A stretch of DNA of 32,519 bases, from the NCBI GenBank assembly GCA_000934665.2, contig KZ539131.1, positions 1 through 32,519 on the forward strand, read 5' to 3'. The notes under the pieces were generated by a model, which was given only the letters and a program-made list of their open reading frames with translations, made no database searches and was not told the origin of the DNA. The position numbers were made by a program, and so were the translations under genes. Every line of letters begins with the position of its first letter. Positions within the stretch are counted from its first letter, which is position 1. The DNA is from Catajapyx aquilonaris (taxonomy: Eukaryota). This document shows, in pieces, positions 32,245 to 32,519 of this stretch.

Positions 32245-32519
32245 TGGTAGAGTTATATGCAGATCATCTGCTCCCTTTAAGAGCGCGCTCTAGGCTACGC
32301 TATTCATTGTTGCGGGGAGCCCGTCGCGGGCCGGCCCGTGAGTTTGACACTTCTTCCTCTCGCTGTCACAGCCGCAAATATGGAGGTATCGGCATGAAAC
32401 TGGAGTATTTGGACGCGAAAGAGTTGCACTTTGAGATGGTGCGCTTATTTTTCTCCTGGGGCGATATTTGCGGCCGCCGCGGCCAGGTACATTTTTTTAT
32501 TTTGACCCGCAATTACTCC

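Overview
Eukaryotic, animal-type (probably arthropod; inferred) genomic DNA from a draft assembly with N gaps. One real gene is present: a minus-strand, 5'-incomplete spliced gene. Its six exons (27787-27213, 24352-23050, 16884-15927, 15841-15386, 14725-14312, 14186-13954) join through GT-AG introns with fully consistent phases into 3939 nt, i.e. 1312 aa plus stop. The protein reads RRM, MYND zinc finger, Gly/Gln/Arg-rich disordered region, then four extended Tudor domains. That makes it a Vreteno/Veneno/TDRD1-like piRNA-pathway scaffold; by eye none of its Tudor domains keeps a complete aromatic cage. The rest of the window is a dense mosaic of non-autonomous mobile DNA. This includes three tRNA-derived SINE families, several with clear TSDs and a shared 3' stem, and many palindromic MITEs (Kolobok-like TTAA, Tc1/pogo-like TA, hAT-like and P-like 8-bp TSD), often nested. 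The most unusual non-coding items are a TIR-less 468-bp insertion with a 10-bp TSD in a SINE A-box, and a TA-MITE sitting exactly on the symmetry axis of a ~1.85-kb palindrome. Most short ORFs in the supplied track are spurious. All assignments are by eye; no searches were run.
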